Assembly: GCF_001194135.2 (NCBI RefSeq)
Contig: NC_069004.1
Span: forward strand, 31,255,360-31,319,359
DNA from: Octopus bimaculoides
Lineage: Eukaryota
Length of the DNA stretch: 64,000 nt
Reading direction: 5' to 3'
Below, piece by piece: positions 34,921-46,831 of this stretch. The notes below the pieces were generated by a model. The model was not told the DNA's origin. It searched no databases and saw nothing but the letters and a program-made list of their open reading frames with translations. The translations under genes were made by a program, and so were the position numbers. Each line of letters opens with the position of its first letter. Position 1 is the first letter of the stretch.

Positions 34921-36805
34921 TAGATAGAAAATGCCTCTGAACATTGAGGATAAATATCACTGTCGCCATCATTCCTTTGTGTAAAGATGCCATTACCCTT
35001 ATCGCAATGATTTCAAATTTTGGCACAAGGCCAGCAAGTTCAGGGAGGGGGTAAGTCAATTACATTGACCCCAGCGTTCAACTGGTACCTGAAAGGATGA
35101 AAGGCAAAGCCAACCTCAGCAGAACATGAAATCAGAATGTAAAGATGGGTGAAATGTTGCTAAGCATTTCGCCTGGCAATGTTAAAGATTCTGCCAGCTC
35201 ATCACCTTGATAATATAAGATATAAGAAGCTGATCTTCATCTGTCTGTTTCTAACAACTATGTAGAGGGAGGGAAGAAGGGGAGGAATCAACAGTGGAGA
35301 GAACCAGTAAGAGAGAGAGAAAGTGAAAGACAGATAGATAGGTAGATAGTGTTGTCACCATAGGAACTAAAAGGTTTTGATTAAAAATGCAGGAATTTTA
35401 AGAGCAAGTTTATCAACACAATGCAACACAAACTTCAAAAACATAACTATATATATATAGTTAGTTTTTTGGTTGTGTGTGTGTGTGTGTGTGTGCTTCT
35501 GTGTGTTTTTCAACACATAGACAACACAACACAGACTTTAAAAAAAGACTTTCACTATAATGACAGGTTGTTATTGTTGTTGTTAAGAGAGAAAGAGAGA
35601 GTGTGTGAAAGACAGAATCAAAATTTTAAGAAAAACGAAAAAAAAAAGGGGGTTGGCGTTGAGCATATCAATGTCATCATTGTAGTAGGGTTTTGTTGGA
35701 GAATCTATTTCCTCTTGACTGGGTCATTACCCGGCAGCATAGCGACAGGTGATGGCAAGTAATAATATTGGTTTCAAATTTTGGCACAAGGCCAGCAATT
35801 CTGGAGGAGGAAGAAGATCTATTACATCGACCCCCCAGTGCACAGCTGGTACTTATTCTATCAACCTCAAAAGAACAAAAGGCAAAGTTAATCCCGGCAA
35901 CTTTGAACAAAAATGTATTGGGCAAAAATGCTACAAAAAGAAAGGCAAAATGCCACTAAGCGTTTTACCCAGAATGGTAACAATTCTACCAATAATAATA
36001 TTAATAATAATAATAATAATGGGGGAGGGGACGAGTCACCAGTAGAGGTAGGAGCTTTGGGACTGAACCCAAAACCATGTGGTTGGGAAGCAAGCTTCTT
36101 CCCACATTGCACAGACATGCTGGCCCCTTTGAAATACAGATACAACAGAAACAGGAAGTAAGAGTGAGAGAAAGTTGTGGTGGAAGAGTACAACAGGGTT
36201 TGCCACCATCCCTTGCCGGAGCCTCGTGGGTCTTTAGGTGTTTTCGCTCAATAAACACTCACAACACCCGGTCTGGGAATTGAAACTGCGATCCTATGAC
36301 CGCGAGTCCGCTGCCCTAATTACTGGGCCATTTCGCCTCCACATCAAATAATAATAACAATAATGATAACAACAATAATAATAACAACAGCAACAATTTC
36401 TTTTTCAATTTTTCAAACATACTGTCTTCTAGTTTGAAATACAGGTTTGTTTTATAACTGTAATTTTTACAGTAGAGAAACACATCACACTACAATGACG
36501 ACAACAACAACAACACCACAAATTACATACAACAACAACAACTACAAAAACTGAATTATTTCTTCCCCTTAAATAATAATAATAATAATTTTGATTTGAA
36601 TTTTCGTTTTGTCTGTGTTAGATTTGTTAGATAAATAGCTTTAGATCAAGATTTCAAGAATTGTCTGAACAAAGAAAAGAATGTTTGTTTGGGGGCAGAA
36701 AAGAAAAAAAACAAAAAAAAAGAAAACAGAAAACGAAAACAAACAAAAAACAACAAAAAAAGACAAAAGAAAAAAAGAATGGAATTTGATAAAACAGAAT
36801 ATTTT

Positions 36806-38044
36806 TTATACAGATGTGTGATAACCTTTGAAGTGGTGACCACATGCAGAACATTTACGTGCAGTAACAGCATTTTTTAACGTGCAGTTTTCACACACTC
36901 TTTCACCACTTTGTTTGTGATTCATTTGCTGGGTGGCCATATTGGAAATGGCATAGCGACTATTTTCACAAAGGTAACACACTGTCAAACTGCTGGGGTT
37001 TTTTACAGTGCATTTGCTACAGCTCCATTCATTTTCTGACGAAAGCGAGTCGTTGCTGCTGAAATTTAGTTTCGACTGATAGTCCATAGTCAAATCTGCA
37101 ACGGGAGATTGCGGCGACGGTGTATTCCGTTCGAAAGCTTTGCTACATCCATTGTAGTCGTCGTAGGTTTTCCCCAGAGAGTGTTCCATTGGTTGTCTTG
37201 GTCTGCTGTTGCTGCTGTGTGACTGAATATTCAACGAAGGTGCATCATATGTAGAGCCATACGCTGAGTCCCGGTATGTCGGTTCTATTTTGTAAGGAGA
37301 CGTGGCCAGACTGGAGTCCATGACGCAATTGTTTGTCGCCATATATGGTGGAGAACTGACATGTTTTTCATAGATGGGACTTGCACCAGAAAAGACGTTC
37401 TGCGCTGAAGTATGGAGTAAATATTCATTATCACTACAGCCGTCTGTCTGTAAACATAGGGGTCGTTTGTTTTTGTGAATTTGGAACTGTTCCTGTCGGT
37501 GACATGAATAAAAATTGTTGATTGGTATTTTGGGAGAGTGTTGTACTGTGTAAGAATATTTATCAAAGTTCTCGTATTTGTTTGGTTTAGAGAAAGTTCT
37601 ATCAATTGTATGAGAAGAATAAGGTGGAGGGGCTCGTTTTGAGACCAACGAAGGACTGTTGCTATCACTACCATGGTACGATTCTGGTAAACACCGAGAG
37701 TACTCACTGGACAGACTTGAATCAGTGCTTTTACTTAGTACTTCGTTAGACTCTGATCTCAGTTTTTCCGCTAATTGCTTGCTGCTTCCACCACTTTCCA
37801 GATGCTTAAGTAAAGCAGTTTCGTAGTCTGTTGATTGGGCCGATTCACAAGCTTTTGAGACGATCTTGTACTCACTGTAAGCAAGCAGGCACTGAACGCT
37901 CATTTTTAAAAGGCATGTCAAGTCTGGTTTTGCATTTAATTGAAAAGACTCTCCATGGATGGTTTGATAACCAAATTTTTCAAGAATTTTATCAGCTCCT
38001 ATAAGACATGGATCCAGCATAGTACGGTAGAATCCACAGTGGTG
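36806..38044 (-). CDS. SPATA2: SPATA2/Tamo terminal coding exon (PUB C-half, S/P-rich linker, two RanBP2 zinc fingers)
   Basis: 1239-nt open frame; WSCSKCTVKNPSSLTVCYLC and VCENCTLKNAVTARKCSAC fit W-x-C-x2-C-x3-N-x6-C-x2-C (the second finger lacks W). Confidence 0.92.
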   Translation of the reverse strand, partial: HHCGFYRTMLDPCLIGADKILEKFGYQTIHGESFQLNAKPDLTCLLKMSVQCLLAYSEYKIVSKACESAQSTDYETALLKHLESGGSSKQLAEKLRSESNEVLSKSTDSSLSSEYSRCLPESYHGSDSNSPSLVSKRAPPPYSSHTIDRTFSKPNKYENFDKYSYTVQHSPKIPINNFYSCHRQEQFQIHKNKRPLCLQTDGCSDNEYLLHTSAQNVFSGASPIYEKHVSSPPYMATNNCVMDSSLATSPYKIEPTYRDSAYGSTYDAPSLNIQSHSSNSRPRQPMEHSLGKTYDDYNGCSKAFERNTPSPQSPVADLTMDYQSKLNFSSNDSLSSENEWSCSKCTVKNPSSLTVCYLCENSRYAISNMATQQMNHKQSGERVCENCTLKNAVTARKCSACGHHFKGYHTSV

Positions 38045-41000
38045 CTGCAAAGAAACAAAATATGAAATTAATACATTGGTTTCAAATTTTGGTAAAAGGC
38101 CAGAAATTTCAGTGGGAGAAGGTGAGTCAATTACATCGACCCCAGTAATCACTGGTACTTATTTTATTGAGCCCGAAAGGATAAAAAGCAAAGTGCCTCA
38201 GCAGAATTTCGACTCAGAGAATAATGACAAATGAAATGCTGTTAAGCATTTTGCTCAGTGCATTAACAATTCCAACAGCTCACTGCCTTAAAGCAAAAAT
38301 GTTGGCACAAGACCAGCAATCATCATTTAGCCCTTTTGATACCAACCCAGCTCTGGCTCTGAGTACAAATGTCTTGTTTTCATAAGTCTTTCACCAAACC
38401 TTAGTCGCAATTTATGTTTCTAACACTAGCTGAATGATAACTGAGTTATTTTACTAAATTCTTTGTTATATTTAAAGTAATTGAAAGAAACACAGAACAT
38501 CTCAACAGAAACACAGTTACAAAAGGGTTAAGGTCAGGTGTGACTTATTGACACAACATGCTTTCTTCTGCAGAAGACAGGTTTGACAGAAGACAGGTGT
38601 GACAGAAGACGGGTGTGGCAGAAGACAGGTGGCATATAAGCCACATTTGTGTGGAACTCTCAGTGGAAGCAGGAAAAGTGTACGAAAGTTTTCCAAATTG
38701 AAGACGCCAGGTGACATTGAGAGATGAAAATGTAGAAACCTTTTTACATTACGTTGGCATAATAAGTGCAGTGTGATAATGATCACAACTTTCCACAAAG
38801 GAGACATTAAACAGTTCTAAAGTAAATTACAAAACCCAGTAAATTGTGAAGAATTATTGATTAAGTGACCAACATGTGCCTAGTTGATAAAGCAGATGTG
38901 CAGTTGGCGATGCTTGAGTGTGCTAGGAAAAGTGCAAAATGGTACAAAAATTTATTTTTTCACATTATGGATGTTGTCGTGCTGAATTCTTATATGTACC
39001 TTACGCAAACTGGTAACCACATGACATTCAAGGATTTGCATAGAGAAACAGTACACTAATTTGCCAAATATGGCAAACTCACAAATACAGTGCCACGAAG
39101 GTCAGCAAGTGGCACCATTGACAGACTAATGGCAGTGCCCTTCATGGAAAGACACTATCCTGGTCATGTCAGTGGAGGAGGCTAAGTCAATTAAAACAAT
39201 CCCAGTACTCGGCAAAATTCAAAAGCTACATACACATGTATCAAGGCATATTCCATGAGAATCATAAATAAACACATGCCACATCATCATCAACAGTAAA
39301 AGCATGGTTGCCCTTGCATACAAGCTTGTAAGTTACGGGGACATAAACACACCAGCATCGGTTGTCAAGTGATGGTGGAGGGACAAACACAGACACACAA
39401 ACACATACTCATACATACATATATATATACATATATATGACGAGCTTCTTTCAGTTTCCGTTTACAAATTAGCCTAATTTTTGACATTTTGGGTGTCATT
39501 AATCATAATAATGCTTTTATTGTAATTTTTAATTTTATTTCATAAAAATAAGTGAGAACTCTACATGTTTTCTTTCTCCATACATGTACAAGTACTTCTG
39601 CACTAAAGCAGCAGCAGTAGCAGCAGCAGCAACAAATGGGAAAAGCCCAGATAATAAAATGTAACATTGTTGTTATTGTAGTAGGGGTGGTAGCCATAAA
39701 TAATTGACTGTTGTATAATCAGTTTGCAAGTATTTAGGTCATGTAACTATTTAATTAATGGCCTAGCGTGTCTGTGCAGTGTGGGAAGAAGCTTGCTTCG
39801 CAACCTCATGGTTCTGGGTTCAGTCCCACTGAGTGGAACACTGGGCAAGTGTCTTCTATAGCCTTGGACTGACCAAGGCCTTGTGAGTGAATTTGGTAGA
39901 CAGAAACTGAAAGAAGCCCATCATACATGCTGGCATGGGTTAGACGGTTTCACTGAGGACTGGTCAGCCAGAGGCTGCACCAGGCTCCAATCTGATCTGA
40001 CAAAGTTTCTACAGCTGGATGCCCTTCCTAATGCCAACCACTCTTCTTTCAGTTTCTGTCTACCAAATCCACTCACAGGGTTTTGGTTGGCTCAAGGCTA
40101 TAGTAGAAAACACTTGCCCAAGGTGTCACGCTGTGGGACTGAACCCAGAACCATGTGGTTGGTAAGCAAGCTTCTTACCATAATTATTGTGGCTTTTTTT
40201 CAACAAATTTTATTCAACAAAAACAATAACATCTTTAAATGATTATTCCGGAGCATATTCGCCATCTACTTCAATTACTGCTTCCCATTTGCTTGGCAGA
40301 CGGTCAGACCGTCATTTAAAGATATTTTTGTCAAATATTGTTATTGTTTTTGTTGAATAAAATTTGTCAGAAAAAAAAGCTGCAATAATTATACACCAAC
40401 CCAATATATATATATAACGATATGTAATTCTAAGATTCAAGGAAGTTAAGCTTTAGGCAATCCACAGTAGAGATAAAACACAACTTTCCAGAAGTTTATA
40501 TAAATAAAGACAGGGAAAATTTGACATGCTTTGAATTCCATATTACACATCTTTTATTACAGGAAATATACTGTGAATAAATAGATGCGTTGTCAGTGAG
40601 ACACCTGCAACATAAAACAACAAGATCAGATAACAAATGTCAAAATCTTAAAAGAACGTGATCTCTCTCAGCACCAAAAGCATGCTGCCGAGAATTCAAT
40701 GCAGATGGGTAGGACATGTTGGAATGAAAGATGATAACATTCTAGAAATTTTTCTGTATGAAGAACATGTAGGGGGGATTCCACAGTAAAGGAAGACAGA
40801 TCCTTAAGTATAAAGAGAAGTTGAAACAATGACTAAAACCTGTACAGCTTGATTTGACATCTTGGGGAAAGTGATTGACTTGATTGATTGGAGTTGCAGA
40901 AAATGTCTCATGAGGCATCAAAGTAATTTGAGTTGAAGAATTCTGCTGAGATCGACTTAGCCTTTCATCCATTTAGGGATCAATAAATTAAGTACCAGTC

Positions 41001-41106
41001 AAGTACTGGAGGCCAATGTGATCAACTTAAACACAACCGACAAATTTTAGGCCTTGTACCTGTAGTATAAGCGATGATGATGATGATGGTGATGGTGATG
41101 ATGATG

Positions 41107-41144
<38 letters not shown>

Positions 41145-44100
41145 TAGGGTGGCGAGCTGGCAGAATTATTAGCACGTTGGGCAAAATGCTTAGCAGTATT
41201 TCAGCTGTCTATTTAGTTTGAGTTCAAATTCCAACAAGGCCAACTTTGCTTTTCGCCCTTTTGGCGCCAAAGACAAAAAGGTTACAGCATGATGGAACAA
41301 ACGTTACTTTGCTTGGAAACAGGTGAGGGTTGGCAACAAGAAGAGTGGTATATATACTTTTCTACTCAAGGCACAAGGCCCAAAGTTTTTGGGGAGGTGG
41401 TCAGTCGATTGGATCAACTCCAGTATGCAACTGATACCAAATTTATTGACCCCCAAAAGGATGAAAGGAAAAGTTGACCTCGGCAGAAATTGAACTCAGA
41501 ACAAAGACAGACGAAATACCGCTAAGCATTTTGCCCGGCATGCTAACGTTTCTTCTGTCTTTATTGTCCACAAGGGGCTAAACATAGAAGGGACAAACAA
41601 GGACAGACAAAGGGATTAAGTTGATGACATTGACCCCAGTGCGTAACTGGTACTTAATTTATCGACCCCAAAAAGATGAAAGGAAAAGATGACCTCGGTG
41701 GAAATTGAACTCAGAATGTAAAGACAGACGAAACACCGCTAAGCATTTTGCCCGGCATGCTAACGTTTCTGCCAGCTCGCTGCCCTAGAAAAGTGGTATA
41801 TAGTCGTAGAAAATCTACTTCAATAAACTGCATCCAACCAGGAAGCAAGGAAAAGTGGACGTTGTAATGACGATGATGATGATGTATGACTGTGTCTCTA
41901 TATGTATACACAAGTGTGTGTGTGTGTGTGTGTGTGGATGAGAGAGTGAAAATTTCCTGTCTGCACTTGTTCCTTCATTGATTGGCAAGAATAGATTTGC
42001 TAATGGTGTTGCTTGCTTCCTGTGCATCATAAAAAGCACATGTGGGTTTCTAGACATGTCTTGATATGTTTCGTGATTGTTGTAATACAAAATGCTCGTT
42101 CATACAATATTGTTTGTTTCTAATTCACCATGTCAACATGCCTGGACTGTCTGTTGTTCCCTGTTGACTAGGAGATAAATATTTCACTTCAAAACAAGGA
42201 ACCGTTGGTGACCGGAAACGTACCTGCCTGTACAAAACTCTGCCCACAATACTTTCATCTGATCCATTTAAGTATGGAAAAATGAACATTAAAACGACGA
42301 CAACAATGATTCATTAACTAGCTTTAGTTGTTGGACTGTAGCCATACTGCAGCACATAGTTTATTTAATCAACTGCAGAAATACGAACAGCAAATCACAT
42401 CTGGAAGGGATTTGAGTTAATGTCAAAAGGGGTAATAAAACACCATAAGGTATTTTGTATGAAATTGAGGGCTGTATGAGCCACAGTGACCAAACTTATG
42501 AGGTAATTTGAGTTATTCTTTTACTTGCTTCAGTCATTAGATTGTGGCCATGCTGGGGCACCACCTTGAAGAATTTCTTTGTTAAATGAATTGACTTCAG
42601 AACTCATTTTTTGTAAAGCCTGGTACATATTCTATCAATCTCTCTTAGCATACACATATATACATATCTGCAACCAAATAATTTTACTGAACACTTTGCA
42701 ACTGAATCAGTGGAGGCAAAGATGCGTCTCATTTACTTGACAATTTATGCACCACATTGCAGAAATCACAATGTAAGAATATCTCAAAGCAAACTCTTAC
42801 ACTGTTGTACCATTGAATTACAAATAATGCTCTTCTTTTGTGCTCGGGTGACCCTACAGCTTCCGAGAGTACAATTGTATTCGTCATTGCTTAGATAAAA
42901 TGACTAAATTGTGGGTGCTAAGTCCCCATGAAGATGTCTTTCTAACTTCTAAGAAGATGAAATTTTAGAAATATTACTTCATTTATGTCTAATATCTGTG
43001 GTTAAAATTTCATCAACAGCAAAAGTATATGAATTTTTATGGTGGTTATGACCCTTATGCATAGAATATAATTTCCAAATTTCATAAAGATCTATTCAGT
43101 ACTTTTGACCTAGTTTTGGGTCATAAAAAAATGACTAAAATTTGGGAGTTAAAGCCTCCATTAGGGGGTCTTAGAATCCTCATGAGAAGTGAAAAGTTTG
43201 AGAATACATCTTTATGTGTGTCAATTACCCAAGGTTGAAATTTCATCAACATTGAAAATTTATGAATTTTCATGGGGGTTCTGGCCCCATGAAAATTATC
43301 ACCATAATAACCAACAAGTTTTGATTAAAAATGAGGCAACTGCAAATCTACCAACACACCACAACACAAACTTTAAAAACAATATTTCTGTAGCGATATA
43401 TATACATATGTATACATATATAATATTAAGTTGTATACAATATATATTACATTGTTTCACACGAAATGTCGTATTTGAAAGGTAACAATAAAATATTTCA
43501 GAGAACTGACTGATTTAATGAAAATATGATCCATGTTTATGACATTTATGACATTTATGACATTGTTTATGACATTTACCCAACGTCTCTCTGTTATATA
43601 TTACATCTTTAAAAAAAAATTCATCTTTTGCCGTGATAAACTGTCTGAATGCTTCAATTACCTCTGCTCTATTTAAGAATGTTTTATTGCTTATGAAAAG
43701 CTCAAAATGCTTAAATAAGTGATGATCAGTAGGAGAGATATCAGGGGAATAGGGAGGATGTTGCAAAATCTCAGAATTCAGGCTCTGCAGCTTTTGGACC
43801 GTAGCTTGAGGAGTGTGAGGACGTGCATTGCCATGGATCAAAACTGGGCCATTTCTATTCACTAGTCTGGGTTGCTTCTTCAAATCCTCATGCATACAAT
43901 CAATTTCCTGGCAATACAATGTTGCTGTTACCATTTTTCCTTGTTGCAAAAATGAATAACGAATAACTCCCTTTGCAGTGACAACTAACTTTTTAGGGTG
44001 CAATGGTGGGTTTGGGTAGTGTTTAGGTGACTCTCCCGCATCTAATCACTGTCCTGTTCTACTGTTGTCAGAGAGTATCCATTTCTCATCACAAGTTGAG

Positions 44101-46741
44101 AAAGCAATAAGGAGCACGCTTCGAGGCGTCTGGTTTATTTGAATCTCGTTCAGTTGATGTGGAACAAACCAATCCGTTTTCTTGACTTTTCCAATTTTTT
44201 ACAGGTGGTAAAAACAGTTGTGCAAGATGTTTGGAATTCTGCTGAAAGTTTTCGAACCTTTGTTCTCAGATTTTGTTCAACCAAAGCATTTAATCCATCA
44301 TGCTGAATAACTGATTTTTGGCCTACCCCTTGGTTTATTTTCAAGGCTATCATCTCCTGAACGAGAGCTTTAGAACCATCTCTGAACAGTTCTGATGTCA
44401 ACAAGACCATTACCTAAGGCCTGTTTGATATTCCATTGAGCTTCTGCGGGAGAGTGACCCAGTTTGTACTCATACGAGAAAATCACTCAACTTAGTTTGG
44501 TTGTTACCATTTTCATAAGGTCTGTGGGTACAAATTTTGTATACCAATATTGTTGGGAAAGAAATAGAGTCCAGATTAAACATACATGACTGACATAGCA
44601 AGTAATTAAAAATGCGACATTTCTGTGAAACAACCTATTACATATAGTTATTCTTTTGGTTGTGTATTTCTCTGTGTGTATATTTCTATAGTCTTTCAAC
44701 ATATAGACACTGCAGCAAGGACTTTAAAGAAAAAACTTTCACTATAATGAAAAGTTGTTATTGTTGAGAGAGAGAGAGAGAGAGAGAGAGAGTATGAAGG
44801 AGACAATTAAAAATTGTTCCAAGAAAAGCAAAAAAACAGATTGTTGTGATCATTGTAGTAGGCTTCTTTCTGCTAAACGATCCATTTCATCTTGGCTGGG
44901 TCACTGCCCGGCAGCATAGTGACAGGTCACGACTAGTTGTTATTAAAAGAAATAAACTAATTGTTGTTGCTTTGGTTATTGTAACAATGTAAGTGGAATA
45001 GGCAGCTTTGTGAAGGCAATGTTGACACTATACCCACTTTGCTCATCAAGTTGACTTAATTGGTTTTCCTTGCTGCCTCTAGAATAACTAAAATAACGCA
45101 AAAGTGAATAATTTATTAGGAGAGGGGGGGGGGAGAGAGAGAGAGAGAGAGAGAGAGATAGTGTGTGTGTGTGTGTGTGTGTGTGTGNNNNNNNNNNNNN
45201 NNNNNNNNNNNNNNNNNNNNNNNNNNNNNNNNNNNNNNNNNNNNNNNNNNNNNNNNNNNNNNNNNNNNNNNNNNNNNNNNNNNNNNNNNNNNNNNNNNNN
45301 NNNNNNNNNNNNNNNNNNNNNNNNNNNNNNNNNNNNNNNNNNNNNNNNNNNNNNNNNNNNNNNNNNNNNNNNNNNNNNNNNNNNNNNNNNNNNNNNNNNN
45401 NNNNNNNNNNNNNNNNNNNNNNNNNNNNNNNNNNNNNNNNNNNNNNNNNNNNNNNNNNNNNNNNNNNNNNNNNNNNNNNNNNNGGGCAGACAGGGAGGTA
45501 CATAGAGGGGCAGATAGAGAGCTACATAGACAGGCTGTTAGGCAGATGGTCAGACAGGTAGAAAGATAGATGGGATAGGTAGGCGGCGAGCTGGCACAAA
45601 CATTAGCACGCCGGGCGACATGCTTAGCGGTATTTTGTCTGTCGCTATGTTCTGAGTTCAAATTCCGCCGAGGTCGACTAAGTCAATTGCCTTCTTAAGG
45701 GTGCATGGCCTGATTGTTAGGGTGTTGCAATCATGATCAAGAGACCATGGGTTCGATTCCTGCACTGGGCAGTGCATTGTGTTCCTGAGCAAAACACTTC
45801 ATCCCGCTTTGCTCTCCGATCTCTTCAACATGTAATATATGTAATACACTGTGCACCTGTTCAGGTAACATCAATCTGATGGAGGGAGTAAACTAATATA
45901 CGGCACAAACATTTGAAGATAAACAGGTAGATAGGATATAACTGGCACTCCGTCAGTTATGACGACAAGGATTCCAGTTGATCTGATCAATGGAACAGCT
46001 TGCTTATGAAATTAACATGCAAGTGGTCGAGTACTCCACAGACACAAGTACCCTTAATGTATACAGACAGGTAAGAAGATAAACAGGTAGATAGGATATG
46101 ACTGGTACTCCATTAGTTATACAAAGGTTCCAGTTGATCTGAGCAATGAAATAGCCAGCTCGTGAAATTAACATGCAAGTGGCTGAGTACTCCACAAACA
46201 CACGTACCCTTAATGTAGTTTTCAGGGAGATTCAGCATGACGACGCAGAGTGTGACAAGGTTGGCCCCTGGAGAATTACAGGTAAAACTTATTTTTTCTA
46301 GCTGAGTGGACTGGAGCAACATGAAATAAAGTGTCTTGCTCAAGGACACAAGACATCGCTGAGAATTGAACTCATGACCTTACGATCATGAGCCAAATAC
46401 CCTAAGAACAAAGTCACATGCCTTCACAAGATAGGATATATTTACATGATAATGCTACTTACTGTAATTGTCCAGTATTCTGTTTTCCAAGGGTATCGAT
46501 ACAAAAGGGTCGCATAGAGTTCCAGGTAACTAACAGCTAACAACGCTTTCTCTACGTCAAAACTGCCAGATTTCACATTGGCGATGAGGATGTCCATAAT
46601 AATATTATCAAAATGTTTGCTGGGACGATCTTCAATTAGCAATGTTTGGGCAACATTGACCAGGTCCCGGTGTGAAGAGGCTGGTGAATCAGGATTCTTT
46701 AAATATTTCTTGTAGGTAGTGTGCAGTTGTTGGAGGGACAT
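36806..46741 (-). CDS. SPATA2: SPATA2/Tamozhennic-family protein (PUB-like domain plus two RanBP2-type zinc fingers); coding exons 46741-46463 and 38044-36806; 505 aa
   Basis: The phase-0 junction gives LELYATLLYRYPWKTEYWTIT|HHCGFYRTML...KFGY...SVQCLLAYSE, matching the recalled SPATA2/Tamo PUB signature (LE.YG.NLL..PW+KEF+.IK..G.FV...MGY..VSFELFLA..E). Donor ACA|GTAAGT, acceptor tttctttgcag. In-frame TAA just upstream of the ATG. Confidence 0.88.
38335..38531. mobile_element. TTAA/CCC-ended (piggyBac-like) MITE
   Basis: Begins ttagcccttttgatacc and ends gttacaaaagggttaa. Confidence 0.55.
38820..39168 (+). mobile_element. piggyBac (PGBD4-like) transposase remnant
   Basis: NMCLVDKADVQLAMLECARKSAKWYKNLFFHIMDVVVLNSY matches the piggyBac C-terminal YN..M..VD..D...RK..KWYKKLFFH motif; frameshifted. 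Confidence 0.82.
40181..40406 (-). mobile_element. Fold-back mariner derivative (transposase 3' end between inverted arms)
   Basis: Minus strand encodes DRLPSKWEAVIEVDGEYAPE*; arms 40181-40242 and 40312-40391 are reverse complements; mariner-type end TATTGGGTTGGTGTATAATTATTGC. Confidence 0.75.
43445..44640 (-). mobile_element. Degenerate near-full-length mariner transposon in the SPATA2/Tamo intron
   Basis: Minus-strand frames give LVEQNLRTKVRKLS (HTH), FVPHQLNE (WVPHEL motif), HGNARPH and HPPYSPDISPTDHHLF; imperfect TIRs ttgtttcaca(c)gaaatgtcg(c/t)attt at about 43452-43476 and 44609-44633. Confidence 0.88.
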
Positions 46742-46831
46742 AGCTGAGAGTTAGCACACATCCTCACTCAGACATTGGCTAAAACGAGATTTAGAGCAGA
46801 GGTTGTCCTTTCAAGCTGGTGCAGGCGAAAC
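46463..46831 (-). CDS. SPATA2: SPATA2/Tamo first coding exon (5' UTR 46831-46742; CDS 46741-46463)
   Basis: Strong acceptor tctttttctctcttttcag ending at 46832 shows at least one upstream non-coding exon; donor GTAAGT at 46462. Confidence 0.88.

Noticed and set aside
38045-38152. N-terminal MITGVDVIDSPSP.. of the 448-aa ORF as the true start
   Set aside because: It is SINE-derived intron sequence read in frame; the strong acceptor at 38045 and PUB continuity with the 46463 exon explain the real structure.
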